Positions 17,623 through 27,395 of a stretch of 64,000 nucleotides of DNA are shown piece by piece (position 1 is the stretch's first letter; every line of letters begins with the position of its first letter). Origin of the DNA: an uncultured Gammaproteobacteria bacterium (GTDB taxonomy: Bacteria > Patescibacteriota > Microgenomatia > Daviesbacterales > UBA10151); assembly GCA_964415615.1 (NCBI GenBank), contig CAYQAW010000004.1, forward strand, positions 21,543 to 85,542. The letters are read 5' to 3'. Below the pieces are notes generated by a model. That model saw only the letters and a program-made list of their open reading frames with translations, made no database searches and was not told the origin of the DNA. Both the position numbers and the translations under genes were made by a program.

Positions 17623-19149
17623 ATGTCTAAGTCTAAAATTGGCTATTTTCTATTAATTATTTTATTGTCTTTTATCAGCTTTTATCCTGCTTTTAATTTT
17701 TCTTTTATTGTTGATGATTGGTACTTACTTTGGGGAGTATTTTTTGACAAGACCATTATTGCAGAATACCTTCGGACTCAACACCCAAACGTTGTTTATG
17801 AATTTTTACTACTAGCTCCAATTTTTAAATTTAATCCATTTTATTATCAAGTGGTGGGATATATTCTTAAGGTGGTAGATTCTTTTACTGTTGGCCTTTT
17901 AATATTGAGCGTTACAAAATCTCGCACTGCTGCTTTGTTTTCCAGTATCACTTTTGCTGCCTCAGAAATTGGAATAGAAGCGTTTACCCGCATAGGTGCG
18001 CAAAATTCTGCCCTGCTTATCCCGACTTTATCTTTAGGATTTTATTTTTGGTTTAAAGCCAAGGAAGGAAACTCAATTACCAAGTATTTGGTTTCTTTAA
18101 TGTTTATAGTCCTGGGTCTTTTAGGTGATCCAGGGACCGGGATAGTGATTGTACCGGTAATTGTTTTATGGGAAGTATTAAACCTTATCCAGAAGTACTC
18201 AAGACAAAACTTAAAACGGGTCCTTATTCATACAGGTTTACTATTTTTAACTATAATCTTTATTACGAGGATCTTCTTAGATTCTAAGATTTCTGATAGA
18301 CAAGATTATATCTCTAAACATTTAATATTTATTGCGAATAATCTATTCTTTACAACAGCTAATTTCCTGACGTCTATTGGAAACTTTTTAATGGGATGGG
18401 TTATCTCTTTTCCAGAGTACACTCATCTGGGAAGTCCAAGCATAGTGACAATGATTTTTGGAGGAGCTTTTGTTATCAGTATTGCAATTTTGGGGATGAT
18501 TTTTATTTTAAAGAAAAAGGAAAGCTCCAAAGTAGTATTATTTTTATCCATCTTTTCTCTATTATTTTATCTGCCAAGTTGGCTTACTCAAACCCACTAT
18601 GTGGAAGGGGGAGCTATTTCCGCAGCTTCAAACCGCTATTTTGCCATTTCTAGTATAGGTCTATTAGGACTAATTTCATATCTAATTACTATAATAAAGA
18701 GTACTAATTTCAGATTCATTGTGATTGCCTTGGTGGTTTTATTACAACTATGGAGTGCAAACAGGGTTTTGATACAAGAAGCCAAATATAGAACTACTAA
18801 AGTTCAAAATATACTCTATAGCCAAATTAATAAAGATGCTCCTAAAGGAAGCGAACAGAGAAGTCTTTATGTATTTTTAGGTAATAGTTGGCTGAGGATC
18901 GTGGGACTTGGGTGGAATGGTTTTTTCCCACTTGCTCTACAAAGAGGAATTATTAATATAAAGGAGTTTCCTGCAATTGTTAATAATTTGCAGCTTGCTA
19001 AAGAGGATATTTGCCCTTTAGATAAGTCTACGCCCAAATATAGCCTTGCTGATATGTATGCTTGGGAAGTTGACGAGCAGTCTATTTATAATGTCACAGA
19101 GCAAGCAAGAAAATTGGTTAATGACAGCTGTGCTGGTTTATCTAGGTAA
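17623..19149 (+). CDS. Polytopic membrane protein, putative GT-C glycosyltransferase (DDW type)
   Basis: Acidic pair after TM1 (FIVDDW), many TM segments, NRYF; extended -10 TGcTATAAT at 17603-17611. Confidence 0.6.
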   Translation: MSKSKIGYFLLIILLSFISFYPAFNFSFIVDDWYLLWGVFFDKTIIAEYLRTQHPNVVYEFLLLAPIFKFNPFYYQVVGYILKVVDSFTVGLLILSVTKSRTAALFSSITFAASEIGIEAFTRIGAQNSALLIPTLSLGFYFWFKAKEGNSITKYLVSLMFIVLGLLGDPGTGIVIVPVIVLWEVLNLIQKYSRQNLKRVLIHTGLLFLTIIFITRIFLDSKISDRQDYISKHLIFIANNLFFTTANFLTSIGNFLMGWVISFPEYTHLGSPSIVTMIFGGAFVISIAILGMIFILKKKESSKVVLFLSIFSLLFYLPSWLTQTHYVEGGAISAASNRYFAISSIGLLGLISYLITIIKSTNFRFIVIALVVLLQLWSANRVLIQEAKYRTTKVQNILYSQINKDAPKGSEQRSLYVFLGNSWLRIVGLGWNGFFPLALQRGIINIKEFPAIVNNLQLAKEDICPLDKSTPKYSLADMYAWEVDEQSIYNVTEQARKLVNDSCAGLSR

Positions 19150-19840
19150 AGTTATTTTTGGGTGAAAGTTCATTTAGTAAAACTTTAATATTCTCCCAGC
19201 CAGTTTTAAGGGACCGCATAGAAGTTTCATTGAATACTCGTTTGCCTTCTTTGGTAGGAAATTCGGTGATTTTGATCTTAAGCTTAAGAGCTCTTATTAC
19301 TTGCTCGTAATCGGGTGCAATTGCATTTGGAATCTTAATTCCCAATTTATTATATACAGATCTTGAAAATGCCCGATAACCTTGAGTTATATCAGTACAA
19401 AAGAATTCTTTATTCCCCCAAAAAGTGTTCGCCGCTTTGCCAAGGCCTTGGCAGAACCATTTTCTACTTTTTATTAATTGATCATCTTCTTCATTAATTG
19501 CTTTCTTGATCATTCTGCTGGCAATAATAAACCCAACTCCTTTTCTAAGCAGGGAAACAAACTTTAGAATAGCTTCTGGATCCATATTGCCATCCGGGTG
19601 GAAAAATATCAGACAATCTTCTTTGGTATTTCCGAAAGCAGACTCGTAAGCTCCTCCAACTCCCGGATATCTTTGCGAGAATACCTTAATTTTTTTACTT
19701 TGCCAAAATTTTCTGGTGCCATCGATCGAGTTTCCATCTATAATGTAGGTTTTATTAACTGCATGAAAGGGAATCTTATTGAAAATATATTCACAATTTT
19801 TCTTCTCGTTTTTGGTAAATATTACTAAGGCAATTTTCAT
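19142..19840 (-). CDS. GT2 glycosyltransferase, polyprenol-phosphate glycosyltransferase (DPM1/GtrB)-like
   Basis: TKNE, IDGNSIDGT, G.GGA, HPDG, IASR, TDITQGYRAF, EFP..E..R. ATG 19840 lies 7 nt after TATACT. Confidence 0.82.
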   Translation of the reverse strand: MKIALVIFTKNEKKNCEYIFNKIPFHAVNKTYIIDGNSIDGTRKFWQSKKIKVFSQRYPGVGGAYESAFGNTKEDCLIFFHPDGNMDPEAILKFVSLLRKGVGFIIASRMIKKAINEEDDQLIKSRKWFCQGLGKAANTFWGNKEFFCTDITQGYRAFSRSVYNKLGIKIPNAIAPDYEQVIRALKLKIKITEFPTKEGKRVFNETSMRSLKTGWENIKVLLNELSPKNNFT

Positions 19841-20519
19841 AGGAAAAAGTATATTAGAATCTAAGGTAATAAACAATTATCTGAGCATGGGTCATAATTA
19901 ATTTACCCATACTCTCCTTGTTGTTTGTAAACAACGTACAAAGATTGTATCATATGTGTTACTTAAGAATTGGTTCTTTAGTCAACACATTCAAAATTAC
20001 TGCTACCTGGTACAAAAAGATCACTGTTAGTAAATATCCTGCTACCTTTAACTCACCTCTAACAGATAAATGGTACTGAAAAGATTTTCATGAACTTTCA
20101 AAGAACTTACTGAGGCTAGAATTGGCAAGACCAATTTATCAATTGAAACAATCACATCCAATCCATAGCCAAAAACCCAGCCTCTGTGATGTGATTTACT
20201 CCTGAAGCATCTTTGTTAACCTACCTTAAGCCTTTTGGGATAATCCCCAGTTTTTGATCTTTTGAATGCCATAGTCTTCCTAAAGCAGCAAACGTCCTAC
20301 TTTCCACATCTAGTCTTCCCAGGTCAAAAAGGTGTTCCTAATAAACCACATTATTGCAGTTAGGATGTAAATTAAAACTGGCTTTCTCCACCCTGACAAT
20401 CTCCTATCAAAAGTCCTTCCGTTGGAAATATTACTATCAGGAAATTCAATAGTTTCTCTCAAACCATCTCCCCTTCTATCTTTTTTAGACAAGAAGATTT
20501 TAGAGGGTGATTTTTAATT

Positions 20520-20586
20520 TTGCAAATTCTTATTAAAGTGCTACAATATTAAAAGTAAGAATTATATCCCAACTTCAATTATATAA
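20520..20586 (+). promoter_or_regulatory. Promoter plus duplicated leader (copy 1)
   Basis: TTGCAA (20520-20525), 16 nt, TGcTACAAT (20539-20547), then the 28-mer GAATTATATCCCAACTTCAATTATATAA (20559-20586), repeated at 22624-22651. Confidence 0.6.
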
Positions 20587-20606
20587 CTTGACAATCTATT
20601 AATTTA

Positions 20607-22484
20607 ATGAAAATAAAACGTTCTACATTTTTGATTTTTGTAGTGGCTATTGTAATTGTTATATTGACCCAATTTTTCTTGCTCAAACCTATCATTAATT
20701 ATCAATTATTTAGTTCTGATGATTGGATGTGGTTAACTATTTATCATTCGATACAATTACCGCTACCTTTGAAATTAGTCCGTATATGGACATCGCTGGG
20801 TATGTATGAAGGAAGTTATCTTTCTTATATAGGGATACTAAGTGACTTACTCGGTAAAAACTATCAAGCTTATCAATATTTAAATATTTTTTTGAAGATA
20901 CTTGCAACAATAACTTTATTTCCCATGTTAATAATTCTCTTTAGGAATCGGCTTTTAGCATTTTTAACAACGATCCTTTATGGGATTAATGCAGCATCTA
21001 TAGGATCCTTTCCATGGTTTTTTAAGGGAGGAGTGTTTGCATCGATTACTTTCATGAATTTATTCTTTATCTCCTATTACTATACAATTATTAAAAAATC
21101 AAAATCTCTACTAACTTTATCTTCAATTCTGGTCTTTCTGTCTTTCTTATCGTCACCTACAAGGATATACCCTTTATTTTTTTTAATAATATTATTTGAA
21201 GCATTCTGGTTTTATATGAACCGATCGTTAAACAATATAAAGTTTTCCCTTATTAGAGTTTTGTGTTTTTTTCTGCCTACTATCTTTGTTATTACCCATG
21301 CTGGAGTTACCCCAGATCATACTGTAGCTCGAGAACCTTTAATTCTTCTCAACGATATTTTAAAAAGTGGTTGGTATAACTTGCTTTCACCTCTAAATGG
21401 AATTGGTTTTTCTTTAGTTAATAATGAAGTTTTCAGATATTTTGGTTCAATAAGCATTAATAGTTTGAGCTCCTTGAGTAACTACTTACTTTTTCTCTTG
21501 CAAGGTTGTTTATGGATTTTATTAATCTGTACAATGATTTTATCAGCAATTCTTTCAAGAAGGTATTTCCGATTTTTCCTATCGGTATTTGTGTTCAATT
21601 TTATCTTTGAAATTCTCATGTTTTTTGTAGCCACTAAACATCTTAATATATTTCCCCCTTATAATGTATCTTATGATCCCAATTTATTTTTTATAACTAT
21701 ATATGCTTCCCTCATTGGTATTTATGTTCTTACGACCTCATTAGAATCCTTCTTAGAATGGAAGAGAGAAACAACTAATAGCCTACTTGCTGCAGTTTGG
21801 TTAGGACCTTTATTTTCATTAGTATTTACATTCTTAATGTGGTTTCCTCTGGGTTATGCATTAAATGGTTATAATAGCACACATTATTATTTCCAAATTC
21901 CAGCTATTGGTATGGCGTTATTTTTATCCGCAGTTTTGGCGATGATGTATGAAAAATGTAAGAACACAAAAATAACAAGATTTTTTGCTATCTTTCTTAT
22001 ATGCATGTTTGTTTTAACTTTTTATCAGTCTAGCAAGAGAGTAATTTATCATGACTTTATACGCTCCAACCAAATGAGAGTCAAAATTAATGATCAACAG
22101 ATTCTCCATGATAAGTTATGGGATAAATTGGGCGATAGAGGTAAAAGTGGAGATATTTTAATTTATATAGAACTTCCACAAGACAAAGAATTGGCTAATT
22201 ACTATAAAGAAGCTTTACTTTTTAATGGCCAATCTCTAGCAGCGATTATTAATTGGAGAAGAGATCCTAAAAACAGTAATGGTTGTGTAGAGATTGTTAA
22301 TGATAAAAATATTCTTAAATCAACTTTTTCCAAGATAGATAACCATATCATCTTCAACATTACTAAGGCTTACTGTGTCAGCAAAGCTCTATCTCCCTAT
22401 GAAATAAAAAGTCTTTATGCCTTTAAAATTGAAAATGGAGACTTTGTGGATATTAAAGATGATCTCTTGAAGGAATTCAGATGA
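20607..22484 (+). CDS. Polytopic membrane protein, putative GT-C glycosyltransferase (DDW type, distant paralog of 17623..19149)
   Basis: FSSDDW after TM1, YQYLNIFLK (cf. YQVVGYILK), many TM segments, soluble C-terminal domain. Confidence 0.6.
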   Translation: MKIKRSTFLIFVVAIVIVILTQFFLLKPIINYQLFSSDDWMWLTIYHSIQLPLPLKLVRIWTSLGMYEGSYLSYIGILSDLLGKNYQAYQYLNIFLKILATITLFPMLIILFRNRLLAFLTTILYGINAASIGSFPWFFKGGVFASITFMNLFFISYYYTIIKKSKSLLTLSSILVFLSFLSSPTRIYPLFFLIILFEAFWFYMNRSLNNIKFSLIRVLCFFLPTIFVITHAGVTPDHTVAREPLILLNDILKSGWYNLLSPLNGIGFSLVNNEVFRYFGSISINSLSSLSNYLLFLLQGCLWILLICTMILSAILSRRYFRFFLSVFVFNFIFEILMFFVATKHLNIFPPYNVSYDPNLFFITIYASLIGIYVLTTSLESFLEWKRETTNSLLAAVWLGPLFSLVFTFLMWFPLGYALNGYNSTHYYFQIPAIGMALFLSAVLAMMYEKCKNTKITRFFAIFLICMFVLTFYQSSKRVIYHDFIRSNQMRVKINDQQILHDKLWDKLGDRGKSGDILIYIELPQDKELANYYKEALLFNGQSLAAIINWRRDPKNSNGCVEIVNDKNILKSTFSKIDNHIIFNITKAYCVSKALSPYEIKSLYAFKIENGDFVDIKDDLLKEFR

Positions 22485-22601
22485 AACAAAGAATTGGCTC
22501 ATTGATCTGGATAATACACCCAATTTCGAACCAAACTTCACTCAGTTAGCAACAATGAGGGCAATATTTCTTAAAAAGTTGACTGGAAATGAATTGAAGA
22601 T

Positions 22602-22651
22602 TGGTATACTATATTAATAGTGGGAATTATATCCCAACTTCAATTATATAA
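22602..22651 (+). repeat. Promoter plus duplicated leader (copy 2)
   Basis: TGgTATACT (22602-22610) followed by an exact copy of the 28-mer at 22624-22651, whose last A is the first base of the STELLO-like ATG. Confidence 0.75.
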
Positions 22652-23637
22652 TGGATAAGGCTATCGTAATTACCACTATAAACTCTCCCAGAGAAGAAAT
22701 AAAAAAATTTTCAAGAATAAAGGATTGGCAACTTGTTTGTATAGGCGATACAAAAACACCTGAAAATTGGTTCCAAAAAGGTGTTTGTTATCTATCTCCA
22801 AAAGACCAAGATAAACTTTTTAGCCAGTTTTCCCAGGTTTTACCTTGGAGAAAATATGCAAGGAAAAATATTGGCTTTTTATACGCAATTAAACAAGGAG
22901 CCAGTATTATCGGCGAAACAGACGATGATGTATTTCCTTACGATAACTTCCCTCCAGACTTGAGTAAGAAAAGGAGAATAAAGATTTTGAAAGGAGAGCA
23001 GTTTATCAACATATATAAGATATTTAATAAGAATATTAATAGCTGGCCGAGAGGGTTTCCGTTAAACTACATTAAGAAACAAGATAAAGTTAAAGTTCAT
23101 GAGGGACAAGTTAAAACTTTAATGATTAACTCACTTATTGATAAGGATGGAGACTTTGATGCGATATACCGGTTTTTGTTTAACGATTGGGTAAGCTTTG
23201 ACAAGAAAGGACAATTTGCTCTTGAAAGGGGTTGTTATTGTCCTGTTAACACCCAGAATACCTTCACACATAAAGAAGCGTTTGTACTTTTATATATTCC
23301 TTCTTTTGTTAATCCTCATGTAGAGGATATTTGGCGGGGTTATATTGCACAAAGAGTTTTATGGGAAATGGGAAGCAAAATAGTATTTACCTATCCGACC
23401 GCATATACTAGTAATAGGAATAGCCATGATTATTTGAGGGATTTTGAGCATGAGCTGCCTTTGTATTTGCAGACTAATAAGTTAATCCAGTTGCTGGATA
23501 ATATTAAACTTTCAAAAGATCCCTCAAGGTCACTTATTAAAGTATATAAACAGTTAATCAAAGAAGGATTAGTTCAAAAAGAAGAGCTTGAGATATTGCA
23601 AGCTTGGGTTAAACTAGTTGAGAAGCTATCTTCCTAA
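22651..23637 (+). CDS. STELLO-like (DUF288) glycosyltransferase
   Basis: IVITTIN.P, IGDTKTP..W, YARKNIGFLYAI..GA..I.ETDDD, WPRGFPL, D.DAIYR, P.NTQNT, DIWRGY.AQR.LW. Confidence 0.85.
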   Translation: MDKAIVITTINSPREEIKKFSRIKDWQLVCIGDTKTPENWFQKGVCYLSPKDQDKLFSQFSQVLPWRKYARKNIGFLYAIKQGASIIGETDDDVFPYDNFPPDLSKKRRIKILKGEQFINIYKIFNKNINSWPRGFPLNYIKKQDKVKVHEGQVKTLMINSLIDKDGDFDAIYRFLFNDWVSFDKKGQFALERGCYCPVNTQNTFTHKEAFVLLYIPSFVNPHVEDIWRGYIAQRVLWEMGSKIVFTYPTAYTSNRNSHDYLRDFEHELPLYLQTNKLIQLLDNIKLSKDPSRSLIKVYKQLIKEGLVQKEELEILQAWVKLVEKLSS

Positions 23638-23649
23638 ATAAATCTTAAA

Positions 23650-24930
23650 TTAAAGACTCGAGTTTTTTACTATTTTGAAGTCAGGAAGGGGGATAATGAA
23701 ATCTGACTTTAATCCTCTGGCTTTTAGTTGTTCCATAATAGGCTTTGCATAGTGCCAGGCGAGGATTACTACATAATTTGGTTGTTCGTCAATTAGCCTT
23801 TGATTGTTAACAATAGGGATATGTTTGCCGGGTAAATACTTATTTAATTTTAAGGAAGTTGGCTGTTCGGCTAAGTACGGTAATAATTCTTGATCAACTC
23901 CATAATAATTTAATAAAGTTGAACTACGGGCTGGGCAAGAGTTTCCCACAATTGATTTGCCTTTCTTTTTAGTTTGGAATAAAAAGTCCATAAATTCAAA
24001 TCTAGCTTTTTTAACCCTGTTGGCAAAATTTATAAATGTTTCTAATTTATTAAGGCCAAATTCTTTTTCAAGTTGTAATAAATCCTTGACTGCTGGGCTG
24101 ATTTTTTTACCTTTGCCTTTGGTGGCATAAACGCGGATATTTCCTCCATATCTGTCCCCTCTTTCGGCATCAGTGATGGTAAAGTCGTATTGATTAAATA
24201 ACCTTATATAAGCTTGCAGGGAGTATGTTCTTAGATGCTCATGGTAGATAGTATCAAATTGTCCGCCTTTTATGACATCTAATAAATAATGGGTTTCATT
24301 GATAAAGACACCATCTTTTTTCAGTAAATTATGTGCCCCAACTATAAATTCTCCTAAAGTCTGCATATGGGCAAAAGTGTTGGTAGTGATAACTGCTGAG
24401 GCCTCACCGTATTTATCTTTTATTTTTTGGGAAGTCTTAATATCAAAAAATGCTTGAACAGTATCAATTCCATTTGACTTAGCAATTTTTGCAATATTAG
24501 TTGGTTCTACCCCCAAAACCCTAATGCCTTGAGCTTTAAAACCACTAAGCAGGGTTCCGTCATTAGAGCCAATATCAATGACTAAATCCTTGGAAGTTAG
24601 GTTAAACTTCTTAATCAAAGAATCACTGATCTTTTTTTGGTATTCAGCCAGTTCTTTGGTAATACCGCTTCTATAAGGATAATCTGGGTGATAAACTTCT
24701 TCACCGGAAACTGCATAGTCAAGCTGAACGCAGGTGCAGTTTTTGCACCAGATCATTCTTAAGGGATAGGTTTTTTCTGGTAATTTGAGGGTTTCTTCTG
24801 TTAGCAGAGTATCACAAAGGGGTTGGTGACCTAAGTCCAAAATAGTGTAAAGATTGTTGCTATTGCATATTTGGCAGGCAGAAATAGGTCCGGTTTTGAT
24901 TAGATGATATTTTGGATAAGTTAATTTCAT
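23650..24930 (-). CDS. NDP-sugar C-methyltransferase (Zn-binding plus SAM domain; TylCIII/NovU-like)
   Basis: CQIC..LDLG.QPL, C..C..VQL, YPYRS, DIGSNDG.LL, GVEP, FDTIYHEH, LLNY, PGKHIPI, ILAWHY. Confidence 0.9.
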   Translation of the reverse strand: MKLTYPKYHLIKTGPISACQICNSNNLYTILDLGHQPLCDTLLTEETLKLPEKTYPLRMIWCKNCTCVQLDYAVSGEEVYHPDYPYRSGITKELAEYQKKISDSLIKKFNLTSKDLVIDIGSNDGTLLSGFKAQGIRVLGVEPTNIAKIAKSNGIDTVQAFFDIKTSQKIKDKYGEASAVITTNTFAHMQTLGEFIVGAHNLLKKDGVFINETHYLLDVIKGGQFDTIYHEHLRTYSLQAYIRLFNQYDFTITDAERGDRYGGNIRVYATKGKGKKISPAVKDLLQLEKEFGLNKLETFINFANRVKKARFEFMDFLFQTKKKGKSIVGNSCPARSSTLLNYYGVDQELLPYLAEQPTSLKLNKYLPGKHIPIVNNQRLIDEQPNYVVILAWHYAKPIMEQLKARGLKSDFIIPLPDFKIVKNSSL

Positions 24931-26283
24931 TTAGAGTCCAATTCCTTTATAAACTATACCAGCTTTGGTAAACGATGTTTTATCATATATTCTTCTGGCA
25001 TCAATAACAATAGACTTATGCATATTTTTTAAGAAAAACTGAGTGGGTAATTTTTTATAATCCTGCCAGGCTGTTACAACTATTACTGCATCAGCATTTT
25101 TAATCGCTTCTTCTGCAGTGTTTGTTAAACCGATCCGTAGATCTGCTAATTGTTTTGGTATGCCGTTTTGATAGGCCATTGGATCATGGGCTGTAACATC
25201 TGCTTTTTCTAAAAGCAGGTTTTCAATAATGGGAAAAGCTGGTGATTCTCTCAAGTCATCAGTATCTGGTTTAAACGAAAGCCCTAATATTGCAATCTTT
25301 TTATTTTGTAGGTTATCCCCCAACGCTTGTTTTAGTAATAGAATTGTTCTTAAAGGTTGGGTATTGTTGATGGTAATAACGCTTTTTAGAAGCTCCGGGT
25401 TTACCCCTTGTTCGGTTGCAAAGCTTAATAAGGCTTTAACATCTTTTGGGAAACAACTTCCTCCAAAACCACAGCCTGAAAAAATGTAACTTAATATACC
25501 AGGAGATATTCTTTTATTACCAATAATAGGACTTAATCTTTTGTCCAGATGGACACCGTTCCAGACATCTAAGACATCTACTTTACCAGTACTTTCAGAA
25601 ATTTTTGAAATTTCATTAGAGAAGCTGATTAAGGTAGCAAATAGAGAATTGGCAGTATATTTAATCATTTCAGCTGTCCAAAGGTTTGTGATAATAATTG
25701 GAGCTGATACTTTGGCATAGATCTTTGCAAATGCTTTTCCGCTTTTTTCATCTATTTTGCCAATAACAATTCGGTCAGGATTCAAAGCATCTTCTAAAGC
25801 ACAGCCCTCCCTTAGGAATTCTGGATTCATACATAAACCAAATTGTCCAACTTTTAAACCAGAGAACCTTTCTATAGTTGGTTTTACAACTTGTTCCGTA
25901 GTGCCTGGTAAAACCGTAGATTTAACAGCGATAACATGGTATTTATTGGTGCCTTTTAAAGCTTTGCCAATTTGTCCAGCAGCATTTTTTATATACGAAA
26001 GGTCGATTTTGTTATTTACAGTTGGAGTGCCAACAGCGATTATGGTTATTTCGGAGTCTTTAACAGCTTTTGCCAGGTCTTCGGTAGAATAAAACTTCTT
26101 TTCTTTTAAATTTTTTTTAAGCAGCTTATCAACATCAGGTTCATAAAATGGGGATTGTCCCTGATTAATTTTTAAAACTTTATTTTTATCATTATCAATA
26201 CAAACAACTGTATGCCCAAGACTAGCAAGGTAAGTCCCGGTGATTAGCCCCACATAACCCGTGCCGACAATTGAAATTTTCAT
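24931..26283 (-). CDS. ugd: UDP-glucose 6-dehydrogenase family protein
   Basis: GTGYVG, AVGTP, KSTVLPGT, NPEFLREG, AEMIKY, GFGGSCFPKD, GLSFKPDTDDLRESP. Confidence 0.92.
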   Translation of the reverse strand: MKISIVGTGYVGLITGTYLASLGHTVVCIDNDKNKVLKINQGQSPFYEPDVDKLLKKNLKEKKFYSTEDLAKAVKDSEITIIAVGTPTVNNKIDLSYIKNAAGQIGKALKGTNKYHVIAVKSTVLPGTTEQVVKPTIERFSGLKVGQFGLCMNPEFLREGCALEDALNPDRIVIGKIDEKSGKAFAKIYAKVSAPIIITNLWTAEMIKYTANSLFATLISFSNEISKISESTGKVDVLDVWNGVHLDKRLSPIIGNKRISPGILSYIFSGCGFGGSCFPKDVKALLSFATEQGVNPELLKSVITINNTQPLRTILLLKQALGDNLQNKKIAILGLSFKPDTDDLRESPAFPIIENLLLEKADVTAHDPMAYQNGIPKQLADLRIGLTNTAEEAIKNADAVIVVTAWQDYKKLPTQFFLKNMHKSIVIDARRIYDKTSFTKAGIVYKGIGL

Positions 26284-26285
26284 CT

Positions 26286-27395
26286 TTATTTGGCCTTAGT
26301 TTTTGGTGGCAGATTGGTTTCATACCAGATTAGCGTATTTAACAAGCCTCGATCTAAGCTAATTTCAGGGTTATAGCCTAAGTTTTTTTTGGCTTTAGCA
26401 ATTTGCGGACAGCGGCGGTTCGGGTTATCTGTTAAATAATCGGAGTCTTTGCTTTTTTCCTTAATTATTTTTCCAGAATAACCAAATTCTTTGGCAGCAA
26501 GCTTCTTCATTTTTTCTGCCAAATCAATCATAGATATCTCTGGATTTTCAACGCCGATGTTATAGCTTTCTGCGGGAAGCCCTTTAATTAAAATCTTAAT
26601 ATATCCAGCAAGGGCATCAGTTATATAACAAAAGGTACGGGTTGGTGAACCTTGAGACAAAAGTACAATGTTGTTGTTTGCCAAAATATTTTTTGCAAAA
26701 TCTGGGATAACCCTTTTATCATCAATTTTCAAACCAGGTCCATAATTATTAAAGGGCCGGGCTATCTTAATAGGAAGGCCGTAGACTCTTGAATAATTGA
26801 CACAGAGAGTTTCGCCAAACCGTTTGGATTCATCGTAGCAAGCCCTGGGGCCAGTGCAAGAAACATTACCTCGGTAAGTTTCTGGAGTAGGTATATTATC
26901 AGGGGTAGGATCGCCGTAGATTTCGCTTGAGGAAAAGAATAATAATCCCCTGACAGGCCTCTTTGTTTTTTTTCTGGCCACAGTATAATTTAAAACATGA
27001 TAAAGCCCTTGTATATTGGCATTAATTGTCTCAATAGGGAATTGGCGATAAAAAGTTGGCGAGGCAATAGAGGCAGCATGAATGATGTAATCAAATGTTT
27101 GATTGGGAGAAAGCTTGAATTTTGTGACATCTGCTTTGAGTATTTCAATTTTTTTTTCGCTTAATAACCATTCTGGTATGCCTTTGGGGAAGTTATCTAA
27201 AGCATACAATTTTATTTTCTTTTCTGGATATTTTCTATTCCAAGCGAAAATCGACTTAATAAAGTAATATCCTAAAAAGCCGTTGGCTCCTGTAAACAAA
27301 ATAGTGTTTCCAGCCAGAGTTTCAAATTCCTCTTTAGCTTTAGCTATAATATAATTTAGATCCTTCTCTTCGATAGAGTTCTTACCTAATTCCAT
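26286..27395 (-). CDS. UDP-glucuronate decarboxylase (UXS)-like SDR
   Basis: TGANGFLG, HAASIASP..Y, SSSEIYGDP, ETYRGNV...GPRACYDESKR, RPFNNYGP, TRTFCY, P.RRCP. ATG 27395 forms a TAATG overlap with the rfbF stop. Confidence 0.85.
   Translation of the reverse strand: MELGKNSIEEKDLNYIIAKAKEEFETLAGNTILFTGANGFLGYYFIKSIFAWNRKYPEKKIKLYALDNFPKGIPEWLLSEKKIEILKADVTKFKLSPNQTFDYIIHAASIASPTFYRQFPIETINANIQGLYHVLNYTVARKKTKRPVRGLLFFSSSEIYGDPTPDNIPTPETYRGNVSCTGPRACYDESKRFGETLCVNYSRVYGLPIKIARPFNNYGPGLKIDDKRVIPDFAKNILANNNIVLLSQGSPTRTFCYITDALAGYIKILIKGLPAESYNIGVENPEISMIDLAEKMKKLAAKEFGYSGKIIKEKSKDSDYLTDNPNRRCPQIAKAKKNLGYNPEISLDRGLLNTLIWYETNLPPKTKAK

Noticed and set aside
22471-22617. Short open frame containing WLIDLDNT, resembling HAD motif I
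   Set aside because: No start codon before the motif, under 50 codons and no other HAD motifs; chance or an unassignable remnant.
20559-22651. 28-bp repeat as a CRISPR repeat
   Set aside because: Only two copies about 2 kb apart with a whole gene between them; no spacer periodicity and no cas genes.
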